A stretch of DNA of 64,000 bases from Phaeosaccion multiseriatum (taxonomy: Eukaryota; Protista; Ochrophyta, other classes), in NCBI GenBank assembly GCA_965112735.1, contig OZ218965.1, positions 310,001-374,000 of the forward strand. Reading direction: 5' to 3'. The translations under genes and the position numbers were made by a program. The notes beneath the pieces were generated by a model, which did not search any database, was not told where the DNA came from, and was given only the letters and a program-made list of their open reading frames with translations. Positions 49,055-59,357 of this stretch are shown here, in pieces; positions within the stretch are counted from its first letter, which is position 1, and each line of letters starts with the position of its first letter.

Positions 49055-51059
49055 TGTGTTTGTGTGTGTGTTTGTGTGTTGCTGGGGTTGGCGGGGTAGA
49101 CTCTCATCTCTGCTTTTCTCTCTCTATTTCTCGTTGCTTCTCTCCTCCCCTCTCTTTTCCTCTCTCACCCTCTTCCATCTCTCTCTCTGTCTTGTCTCCC
49201 GCCTCCCAATCTCCCTCTCTCCTCCCTCTCTCCCGCACTCCCTGCTTTCTCCTCCCCCCCTCTCTCTCCCTCTCCCTGCCTCCAAGGTGTGCGAGCGCGT
49301 ACAGATCAACGGAGAGCCGGGCTTCGCGTGGCTAGACAACATGCGCAGGTTCGGCCGCATGGGAGACCCTCCTAATGACAAGGACCGTAGAGCCATGGGC
49401 GGCAACCCTTGCTTGGAGCAAACCCTTGAGAGCGGCGAGATCTGCTGCCTTGTGGAGACTTTCCCCTCCAAACACGAATCCAAGGAGGACTTCCTGGAGA
49501 CGTTGTGGTTCGCCTTCCTCTACGCCAAGACCGTCACTCTGGGAGGTACCAAGTGGGGTGCCACCAATGAGGTACGTGTAGAGCTTGGTGGTGGGTTTGG
49601 TGCTTTCCTTTCAGTGTTCAGTGGAACACATATCAAAGCTTCTGTGGTTTGTTTGCTCCTCGCTCCCTGCTTCTGCCCCCCTTTTGTCGCGTAAGTCACT
49701 GAGGCTGGGGCCTCTGCTGTGCCCTCTGCCCTCAGTGGGGATCTTACCCTCACCCTACCCTACCCTACCCTACCCTACCTTACCCCACCCTACCCTACCC
49801 TACCCTACCCTACCTTACCCCACCCACCCTTCCCATGTATGTATTTACGGTAGGTGCTGGCCCGTAACCGCCGCATCGGCTGCAGTATGAGTGGCCTCGC
49901 GCAGTTCGTCACGGCACACGGCCTCGACGAGCTCAGAGAGTGGTGCGACTCCGGCTACAGCGCAGTGCAGGGGGCTGACGAGGGCATCAGTCGAATGATG
50001 GGGGTGCCCAAGTCCATCAAGACGACGTCCATCAAGCCCAGCGGGACTGTGTCGCTGCTGGCAGGGGCTACTCCAGGCATGCACTACCCAGAGGCGAGAT
50101 TCTACCTCCGCCGGGTGCGTATGGCACGCTCGTCGGAGCTGCTGCCGGCCCTTCAGGCTGCGGGCTACGAGGTGCGTTAAGAGACAGGAAGAGACAGGAA
50201 GAGACAGGAAGATACAGGATGGGCAGGAAGAGACAGGATGGGTCAGGAAGAGACAGGAAGAGACAGGAAGAGACAGGAAGAGACAGGAAGAGACAGGAAG
50301 AGACAGGATGGGTCAGGAAGAGACAGGAAGAGACAGGAAGATACAGGATGGGTCGGGGGAGGGGGGAGGTGGCGAGAATAGGCCAAGAAGCAGCCTTTGT
50401 CTTGCCTTTGTTTTCGACTCTGCTCGGACCATGATTGTTTGTTTTGTTGTACGAGGAAACACATATTTCTTGTTGTATTACTTAACCAACAAACGAACAT
50501 GTGTGTGTGTGTGTGTTGTGTGTGTGTGTGTGTGTGTGCTGTGTGTGTGTGTGTGTGTGTATGTGTGTGTGTGTGTGTGTGTGTCGTTTGGATGCCCTTC
50601 TCCCTCCCTCAGATCGCGCCTTGCGCTTCCGCGCCCGAGACCACTGTGGTGGTGGAAGTGCCCGTAGATGCAGGGGAGAACATTAGCACCGCCAAGAGCG
50701 TGAGTATGGACAAGCAGCTGCACTTCGCGGCGTTCTTGCAGCGCCACTGGGCAGACAACCAGGTCAGCTGCACCATCACCTTCGACCCAGAGAGTGAGGG
50801 GCCGTTGCTGGCGGGGGCCTTGGATAAGTATCAGCACAGCCTCAAGGGAGTGAGCTTCCTGCCCAGGATCGAGCACGGGGCCTTCCCTCAGATGCCTTAC
50901 GAAGCCATTGACCGCGCAGAATACGAGCGCCACATGAGCAAAATCACGGCGGTGGACTTCCGCTCGGCGGGCCGCAGTTGGAAGCATACGGAGCAGGCGC
51001 AGCCCGTGGAGAGCGTACCCGACAAGTTCTGCTCCTCGGAGAGGTGTACGCTCTTGTGA
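47369..51059 (+). CDS. nrdJ: Class II (adenosylcobalamin-dependent, monomeric RTPR/NrdJ-type) ribonucleotide reductase
   Basis: Motifs FRRTYAR, KFLPPGRGLW, ALNNCAF, GVGVGFD, DSREGW, GNVRR, NGEPG, NPCLE (thiyl Cys), RNRRIG, KPSGTVSLLAG, WADNQVSCT, QMPYE and C-terminal CxxxxC. Exons of about 47369-48382, 48534-~49000, 49287-49571, 49854-50171 and 50613-51059. Confidence 0.92.
50180..50352. repeat. (GAGACAGGAA)n decamer repeat, intronic
   Basis: Direct reading of the sequence. Confidence 0.9.
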
Positions 51060-51404
51060 TGGATGCATGTAACGATAACACACTCTCAATCAAAAACCGT
51101 CCTCAAGCTGCCTGTCTATCGCACTCTCAGTCAGTGCATGGGTCGCCGTGCCCCGGCGTGGTATGGTGTGGTGTGCTCGGCTTTCGATGGGCTGCCAATC
51201 AGGGCGTCCGGCAGGCCCCCCTGTGCGCTTCTTCCCCCCAGCCTTGCCGAGCTTGGCTGGGGCGGGTGTGATCTGCCTCTAGCGAAGCGTAGCGAATGCG
51301 GCACTCCCGCGTCTCTCCTCGCGTGGGTGCGTGCGTGCGTCCGTGCGTGCGTGCGTGCTTACCCTTTGCGGCCGACGGGCACCCATGTCACACGCCCACC
51401 CCTG

Positions 51405-51570
51405 GGAGACGACGCTCGCTTCGTCACACTCCTCAGCTGTGATGGCATTGCTTCTCGCCTGGGAGATGGGCAGTACGCCATGGCTCGAGCAGCTGCCTGA
51501 ACTCTGGGTCTCCAAGGCGTGAAGCAACGCCATCACAGCTGAGGAGGGTGACGAAGCGAGCGTCGTCTCC
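51405..51570. other. Long inverted repeat/hairpin (62-bp arms, 4 mismatches, 42-nt loop)
   Basis: 51405-51466 is the reverse complement of 51509-51570 at 58 of 62 positions. Confidence 0.9.
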
Positions 51571-51798
51571 GGCTGGCTGGCTCCCTTCGTTCCCTCACAC
51601 AGACAGGGCGCGATCCTCGCGACGCCACAGCTGCTTAGTCGGGCTTTAGCGCCCTGGTGTGAGCCGCCCACAATACTGTTATCCATGGCGCCCTGTCTCA
51701 GTGCCCCGCGACGCTTTCCAGCAAGTAAGCCAGGCGCTTTGCTAGAGGCGACTAACTCATTGAAGCGTCCAGTATTGGAAAATAGGAGCAGCCGTGCA

Positions 51799-52236
51799 TC
51801 AAAAGAGTTTGCCGTGGTGCGTAAGCAGGCGGTAGACGCACAACAGGTCAATAGCAGCGAGGCATACGATGATTGCAATCAGAGTTCCCCTCTCCACGAA
51901 GGCCTTCCTTTCCATTTCCCTGAGCGTTTGGCGCGCAGTCTGGCCCGCCATGTGAATGCCCCCGACCTGGTTCGCGGCGAGGGTCAGACAAAGCAAGCAG
52001 TCCCGCAGATGTGAGCGCTTCTAGCCAACCAAGGATCACAATACTCGCACTTGCGTTCCCCACCCACCCACCTTCTCCTGAGCTCCTTGTAGCGAGGCTC
52101 GCTGAGAATGCAGATTTTCTTGAACACCCGCCCCTATCGCTTCCGTTTCGCCAAGCACGGTGAGGGAGTCGTCGATCAGGCGGCGGCCCTCCTTTGAGAC
52201 CGGGACCTGGGGTGAGTTTTCCATCGCTCCGTACAT
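51799..52236 (-). CDS. Short Qb-SNARE (VTI1-like SNARE motif + C-terminal TM)
   Basis: Exons 52236-52072 and 51966-51799 give …LIDDSLTVLGETEAIGAGVQENLHSQRASLQGAQEK|VGGIHMAGQTARQTLREMERK…TLIAIIVCLAAIDLLCVY. ETE.IG…L..QR..L is VTI1-like. Confidence 0.7.
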
Positions 52237-52587
52237 CCTGAACCCCTATTTGACCTCGCACCACTGCGGAACTTCTCACTCTCCTTCGCGACCTTCTCTA
52301 ACGTCCCTCCCCACCCCGATGATCACCCCCACCCCTCTTATTTTAGATCAATCAACAAACTCACACAAAAAGGGAAAGTCTACACCACCGCCTTTCCATC
52401 TAAATAAAATCCCAGCCAATTTTCTTCTCCTCAAGTACAGTACTTGGGGGAAAAGGAGGTTAATAGGGCTGGCCCGAAGGGCCAGCCAATTAAATTCAAA
52501 TTCCCCCACCTCAACTGGCGACTAGCTAGTGGATGAACAACATGCAAAGAGCTTTGCCCCCCCTTTATTTTCACTTTCTTGGCTTCC

Positions 52588-54618
52588 CTAAGGCCCAGAA
52601 GTTGCGAATGAACTGCAAAGATCACACCCACAAGCCCCACCATACATCTTGCTGGCGGACTGGCTCTCTGGAATGAGCTCGCCCTTGCGATTGCGCTTCC
52701 TGGGCCGCTTCTCGGTATCGGGCACGGCGCAAGTCTTCTTCTTCCCTGCGTGCACGCTCACGCCACCCCTCCGAGCCTCCTGATAATGCCCGCACGTCTT
52801 GCACATCTTAAAGGCCCTCTTCCGCCGTGGTTCATCGGGAAGTGTGGCCGGTTGACCACTGGCACCGCTATCAGGCACGCGTCCTCCCTGCGAAGAGAGG
52901 GAAGAGACTTGCTCCCGCAGGGTGCACGCCTCGGCGCTACTCGTAGCCGCAGCCGCAGCAGTTGTTGCTACCAAAGGCACAGGCCCCTCTCTCAGCCGCC
53001 TCTGCTGCTCGAGCTGTCCTGGCGATGGGCACGTCGGCTGTGGCTCTAAGAGGGAGTTGGCGAACTCCTCCCCAGGCGCAGGCCGCCTCAAGTCCCTTCT
53101 CAGCATGGCCCTCTGCTGAAATATCGGCTTCACAGTGGCCTTCGCGTTCATCCTCCTCTTCAGCAGGTCATAGTGCTGGTGCAGATGCGCACTCGTCTTG
53201 CGGAAAACGTTGCTCCACTTGCCCAGTCCTTTCTCTACGTCCTTGCAGCCCTCGTTCCAGTTGCAAGCCCAGCAGTCTAAGTCGATCGCACCATGCTTGA
53301 TGTTCGCGTCGACTCGCTCCTGCACGCTCTTCACGTAGGCCCGCTGCCACGGAGACCACCCTCTGATAGCTTCTTCCTCATCATCCAGGCCGCCACCACG
53401 GCTCCCTGAGGTATTGCGTGTCTGCTGTGCCCGTCTTGAAGCGGAAGAAGTGCTGGCTGCTGCTGTTGCTGCTGTCTCTGCCACGGATACCGCTGCTGCT
53501 GCTGCTGCTGCTGCTGTCTCGGCAGCTGCCTCTGCGGAGCTTTCTGCTGGAGGGACGGAGGGGGGAGGGAGAGAGGGAGCGACATCAATTCCTACGGGCG
53601 TCTTCTACTTCTCTCCTACGCCTCTCTTCCCATGCTCCCTCCCCTCCAAAAAGGAGGCTTTCTCTCTCACCCACCCACCTGCCTGCATGATGAGCTGCGT
53701 GACGTGATGCCTCTCCTGCAGATGCCTGCCCTCGGCGCCAGCCGCAGCTGCTCCCCCTCCTGCTCCCCCTCCTACTGAGCTATGTGCCGGTGTCTCTCTT
53801 GCTGGTGCTTCCTTGGCGCCAGGCGCAGCTGCTCCCCCTCCTACTGAGCTATGTGCCGGTCTCTCTCTTGCTGATGCTTCCTTGGCGCCAGGCGCAGCTG
53901 CTCCCCCTCCTACTGAGCTATCTGCCGGTGTCTCCCTTGCTGATGCTTCCTTGGCGCAAGCAGCAGCTGCTTCGGCGTGTGGGACGGGCGGAGTAGACGT
54001 CTTTGCTGGTGCTACCGATGGCAGTGGAAAGCCCACAACTGTGACCCCTCCCTCCTCAGAGCTACCTGCAAGTACAAATCCCCTCTTGGCCCAACTATCC
54101 CGATTTTTGTCGACCGTTTCCTTGCGTACAGGACCCGGCTTTGCACTTCCCTTCGCGCTCTTGCTCCCTACCGGTCGTCCTCGCCGCCTCTTTACTGCCT
54201 CAGCAGCCTTCTTCGCCTGCGCTGCAGCTCCATTCACCTTGTTGGAAGTGTTCTTGCTCCCTCGCCGACGTCCTAGCCCCCTCTTTTCCTTCGCAGGTGG
54301 AGCTACAGCAGAAGCAGCAGCAGGATCAGCAGCGACAGCAGCAGCAAAACCAGCAGTGCGTGCGATGTAGGGGTTAAAAGGCCTTCGTGCTGCTGCTAAT
54401 ACTGATGCTGATGCTGTCACCGATGATACCGCTGCTGCGACGGGTGCTGGTGGGGCTCTAGAGCCCTCTAAAGCATGCATTGCTTCATGCTCCTCTGTGC
54501 TTAGTCTGCTCTTTTCAACATCCTCATCCGCAAGAGGACTGTCCCTGTCGCGGCTTTCAAGGGTACCACCAGAGGTATCTGGCTCTTGGCCTTCTACTTC
54601 GGCCTCCATGCCTCTCAT
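52588..54618 (-). CDS. Two-exon AT-hook + Cys-cluster protein, probably transposon-derived
   Basis: Exons of about 54618-53679 and 53546-52588 join in phase 1. AT-hook RRRGRPVGSK; a D…WN…F.KT..HL..HY block; CxxC…H…C and CxCxxC clusters. Flanks are AT-rich. Confidence 0.55.
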
Positions 54619-54866
54619 CTCTCAAGGTAGCGTCTAGGAGGCCGTCCTCATTGCCGTGTAGTTTGAACGACCAGGGGGAACGAGAATCATGGGGCCGAAA
54701 TTGAAATTGAAATTGAAATTAAAGCCTTTGAACAACATTTTTCGAACAACCCATTTTTCCCGCGTCCCTTGGGTTATTCAAAAAGAAGCTGGCTCTACAT
54801 TTTTTCGTCCACCTTGCTTGAAGAACAACGCGTGGTGCTAGTATCAGAGAAAGGCAAAGGAACACC

Positions 54867-56716
54867 ATGCCGCAAGGAGAACAACGACTCGTCCTGTTGG
54901 CTTTGGCCTCAGTACTCTTGGTGGCACCAGCTCGCGGCTGGAATGTGAACTGTCCAGGTGGGATGGAGATTTGCTATGACCGCATCATCAGCGCCAGCAG
55001 CGGCAGCGGTGCCTATATGGGTCATTGTGCGTATTGGGGGCCAGTGGGGCCAGTTCACCCTACTGCTGGTAAGTGCCCACCGACAAGCAACGCGGCGGGG
55101 TTGGTGGTGCGTGTGCACTCTGGCTGTCCCACCGCTATGAAAGGACAGGTTAGGAGGAGCAGAAAGTATACGCCATGGTCAGCGCCTTACTGCTCCTCAC
55201 TTTTTCTGAACCTGCGGCCTCTCCTGTTGCTGCTGCTGTGCCTGCCTCGCCTAGCATCCATCCTTGCGCAAGAAGCCAGAGATGTAGTGGCCATTCTGGA
55301 CCAAGGCCTTGCGGAGTTTTGCAGGGGGCCCTCTGCAGAGTTGTGCGAGCTTGCCGTACCCGGCATACCTTTATACATCGGCGGGTTTACCCCTTCCCTG
55401 CCCGGTTGCAACGCCATCTCAGTCTGTAAGTGGGCCGCCTCTCTCCTCAGGCCAAGCAAGCAAACAAGCAAGTCCAACGTGCTATGGGGGAAGTGCCCAA
55501 GGCAATGTCTGTCACCTCTTGACTTTCAGCTTTGATTTGATTCCCCCGCCTGTGCACCTGTCCGTAAGGCGAGCGCCCCCCTCCCCACTTTCCCCCAGCC
55601 CAGGCGACCTTTCATTCCCCCTCCCTCGCCCTGCGTGGGCTGGCTTCTTCCTTGACTCACTGACTCATCATCCTATCGGCTGTGCTGCTTGTTTCCCCCT
55701 ATCTTGTCGTGATCCCTGAAGGCACCAGACCTGGCATCGTTGAGCACTTCGACGACTCGCATCTGGCAGCGATTGAGCAACTGGGAGCCGTGGTAGACCT
55801 AACCATCGACTGTGTCCCCGTTCCGACGGAGTGTTCTGTCTCGCCCACCCCGGCTGCCACCTGGGACCCCACCCCCGCCCCAACAGGACTGACGACACAG
55901 GTGTGTGCGTGCGTGCGCACGAGTGGTGGCTGAGTGTGGGTGGGAGGGTGGGTGGGGTGAATGCGGGTCTGCGAGCGCAATGTGGCTCTTTTTGTGGGAC
56001 TCTGTCTGCTCTCTGAGCGAGCGAGCCAAGGCAGGGGGACGTACGTACCCCCAAGCCCCGCCAGGAGGACAGCAGGCTGAGGACTGGGGGGAAGGCTCGG
56101 TCGGGCGGCTTGCAGTCTGCCCGTGTTGGTCTTGCCTCCACTGCTGCATCGCCCCCCTCCCGCTTCTAGCTAGCCAACACCTCTCACCCCCCCCCCACCT
56201 TCGTCGCCCCTGACCTCCCGCCACCCTGCTGCCCCCCTCCACTGCCCTCCTCTGTGCTTGCGTTGCCCTCCGCTGGTCCTCGGGCGCTCTGCTCCGCCGC
56301 AGCCTTCCCCCACCCCTGCACCCGTCGCCACCCCGCAGCCAACCAGCACTGACACGAGCTGCCGATGCAACTCATCCGTGGGAGAGCGATGCGAGGTCGA
56401 CGTATCCTGTGCAACAACCGGGGGGCTCGGCTGTGGTGCAGGTGGCGTAGCAACCTGTCGCTTTTGCGGATTCGGCGCGTACGTCAGCGTCGTTTGCAGA
56501 GGGACTGCTGCCACGACGACACCACCCACTCCTGCCCCCGGCACCCCCCAACCAAGCACGACTCCTCCGTCTGCTGTGCCCACCACTCCTCCTCCAGTCG
56601 ACTGTACGCGGCTAGGCTGGGCGGGCAGCTGTGGGGCCTTTACCGACGCCGCCACGTGCCAATGCTGGAGCACATCCTCCTTCAACTGCACTTGGTCCCG
56701 CGGCGCATGCAGCTAG
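54867..56716 (+). CDS. Secreted cysteine-rich protein with Pro/Thr linkers (4 exons)
   Basis: Signal peptide …LVAPARG-W. Exons 54867-55068, ~55272-55425, ~55722-55900 and ~56303-56716 join in phase. Contains the module CATTGGLGCGAGGVATCRFCGFG and PTPAP linkers. Confidence 0.65.
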
Positions 56717-56867
56717 CGACTCAACTTTTAGAATAGGTTACGAGAGGAAGGAGAGGTAGACTGCTGGCTGGTCGCCGTGAAGAGGGAGCAGCAAGACAAG
56801 CCTTGGAAAGATTATACGATGTTCCCAAGCGTGGCTGGAGAAAAGGGCAGGGCCCAATCCTTGACTT

Positions 56868-57050
56868 GCAAGACCACCACCAAGACCAACAAGACCACCA
56901 CCAAGACCAACAAGACCACCACCAAGACCAACAAGACCACCACTAGCTAAGACCAACAATCGGCAACCACCACTGAGACCAACAAGACCACCACTAAGAC
57001 CAACAAGACCACCACTAAGACCAACAAGACCAACAAGACCACCACTGGCC
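56868..57050. repeat. 21-bp tandem repeat (AAGACCAACAAGACCACCACY)
   Basis: Direct reading of the sequence. Confidence 0.85.
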
Positions 57051-57269
57051 AAGACGTGGAAGGAAAGGCGGCCTTCCGCTGAGTCGTCAATCGAGAATGG
57101 GGGGAGAGATGTCATGAGAAGAGCCGAGGCCCGCGCATTTCCGTGTTTGAATTGTAAAATCCCCCCCGCGGAAGCTTTATTTGCTTAATTAAAAAATGAA
57201 GTCAACTTTTACCTGAAAGTCGGTCGACTCCCGCCCGTCTGGGGCCAAAAAGTGTGTATGTGTGCGTGC

Positions 57270-57302
<33 letters not shown>

Positions 57303-57314
57303 GCTGTTGGATCG

Positions 57315-57469
57315 TCGACCCTGGACAAGATTACGGTGTGCGCGGGGAAAAAAGGTCGGCTGGCGCCATAATCAGTAATCAGGCCGGCTGGCGCCAGCCA
57401 TAATCAGTAATCAGCCAGGTCGGCTGCGCCGGCCGTAATCAGTAATCAGGTAATCTTGTCCAGGGTCGA
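57315..57469. mobile_element. MITE-like element: 16-bp TIR CCCTGGACAAGATTAC flanked by TCGA on both sides
   Basis: TCGA|CCCTGGACAAGATTAC at 57315-57334 and GTAATCTTGTCCAGGG|TCGA at 57450-57469. Three internal TAATCAGTAATCAG repeats. Sits inside a (TG)n tract. Confidence 0.8.
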
Positions 57470-58005
57470 TGGCTGTGTGTGTGTGTGCGCGTGTGCATAG
57501 CTTGTGTGTGCGCACTTGTGTGTGTGTGTGTATGTGTGTGGCTGTGTGTGTGTGTGACACCGTAAGCAGCCAAGGAGCAGCCATACTTTATTGAAATGCA
57601 CTGAACATGTGATCGTGTTCCAGATGTGCAACCGTACCTTGTCTTGGGAAGTACTGTGTGTAAAGATTCACGTTGCTCTCCACCTAGGATAGGAGTAGCC
57701 GCATGGACAAGGTAATAGCAACCCCAAAGCCAGCCTGGCAGCCAGGAAGGGGAACTTGCATAAGTCAGGGAAACCCAGGGGGGCCCCCTCCTCCTCCCTC
57801 CTCCCTCCCCAGCAGCTACAACCTCCGACTCAGCAATTAACGGCACCTTCACCCTGCACGAAGGATTTTTGGAGCACTATCAACCCGAAGAAGAAAAAGT
57901 TGGGAACACTGTGTACACGCCTCGCGGGGGCTGCGATCTTTTTTTCCTTTCGAAAGAGCTGTGTAATCAAAAGGAAACTTGAGCCGGGCCTCTAGCAGGA
58001 GACAC

Positions 58006-58572
58006 ATGTCTGCCTACGAGGCTGAGGGTAACCCCAACGCGGTGTACCAACATCCGCAGCAGCCGTATCCGCATCAGCAGCCGCTGCAGCAGCCGCTGCA
58101 GCAGACCCCGCCCAAGCGGGGCAACAGGGGCAACTACAGATGTAGCCGATGCGGGGAGCCCAAGAAGGGCCATGTGTGCACCAGAGACACTCCCGACCAG
58201 GATGCCAAGGAGCAGGAGCTCAAGCCTACCGGGGTGTGCGCGGCGGTGCAGGTGGAGCTTGACGAGACCATGACCGTGAGGCTGCTCAAGCAGTGGTGGG
58301 GGCAGGAGAGGCGGGACGAGAATGAAGCCAAGCATCGACTCAGCATGATGCAAAACCACACCGCGGGGCATCCCCCACTCCAGCACATGCAGCAGCAAGC
58401 GTACCAGGATTACCAGAACCCTACGCAGCAGCAACAACAGCCTCTGATGCAGCCGCCTCAACAGGCCTTACCAGAAGAGCCATCGGCACCGTCACCAGCA
58501 GTAGATCCTGTCCCCGCTCCGACAGGGGAGGTGGTGGAGGGGGAAGACGAGGGCACAAATGCCAAGATCTAA
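58006..58572 (+). CDS. Single-exon Gln-rich protein with CCHC zinc knuckle
   Basis: RGNYRCSRCGEPKKGHVC motif flanked by Q/P-rich regions. Confidence 0.75.
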   Translation: MSAYEAEGNPNAVYQHPQQPYPHQQPLQQPLQQTPPKRGNRGNYRCSRCGEPKKGHVCTRDTPDQDAKEQELKPTGVCAAVQVELDETMTVRLLKQWWGQERRDENEAKHRLSMMQNHTAGHPPLQHMQQQAYQDYQNPTQQQQQPLMQPPQQALPEEPSAPSPAVDPVPAPTGEVVEGEDEGTNAKI

Positions 58573-58693
58573 GGACCACGCGTCATACGCGCGTGTGATG
58601 TACATACGAGTTTTCATCTAAGTTAGTCAGTTAGTTGGTAGAGAGGATGGAGGGGAGAGAGGTTGCGACATTAATAATTAATTACATGCCTCT

Positions 58694-59295
58694 TCACAAA
58701 AGTAGTTTGTGTGGATCGTCTGTCAGCCCTAGTGGGTTGTCTATCTTGCCCCCCCCTGCCCTGGCCTCCTCCTCCTCCTCCTCCTCCTCCTCCTCCTCCT
58801 CCCCTCCCCGGACGTTCAGGGGATGCTCTGGCATCGGCTCTACTGCGCCCTGCACGCTATTGATCTTGGCGAAGAGCAGGCGCAGGACGCGCTCTCTATC
58901 CTCCCAGGTGAGGTCTTTGATGTCCACTCTTGCGTCGGGCTGCGTGGGCAACTTGCTCTGGTGGCCGGTGTCCAGGTCTGCCATGTTGCGAATCTTGGGG
59001 AACTTGGCGAAGCTGTACCTGCGTGGCGGACAAACATCAACACGAACAAAATGTGAGAGATCGACAAGATAAGACCAAGCTCCGAATGTACGTCTCTCTC
59101 TCTCTCTCGCTCTCTCTCTCTCTCCCGCTATCTCTCTCTCTCTCTCTGTGTATATGTCCCTCTCTCTCGCTCTCTCTCTCTGCCCTTCTTCGGCCCCAGG
59201 CAGCCTGACTCCAGGCCGGCCATTCTTCACCTCTAGACTCCGTTGCGCTCCCCATCTCTTGGCCCGACTGGGGTCGACTCTCTCTCTCTCTTTCT

Positions 59296-59357
<62 letters not shown>

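Noticed and set aside
47369-51059. Bacterial/phage contamination or a cobalamin riboswitch at the RNR
   Set aside because: The gene has host-type microsatellite introns, and no B12-box consensus was recognised nearby.
52467-52530. Canonical Helitron 3' end
   Set aside because: CTAG lies about 35 nt from the hairpin, farther than typical, and no Rep/helicase is present; kept only as a possible element terminus.
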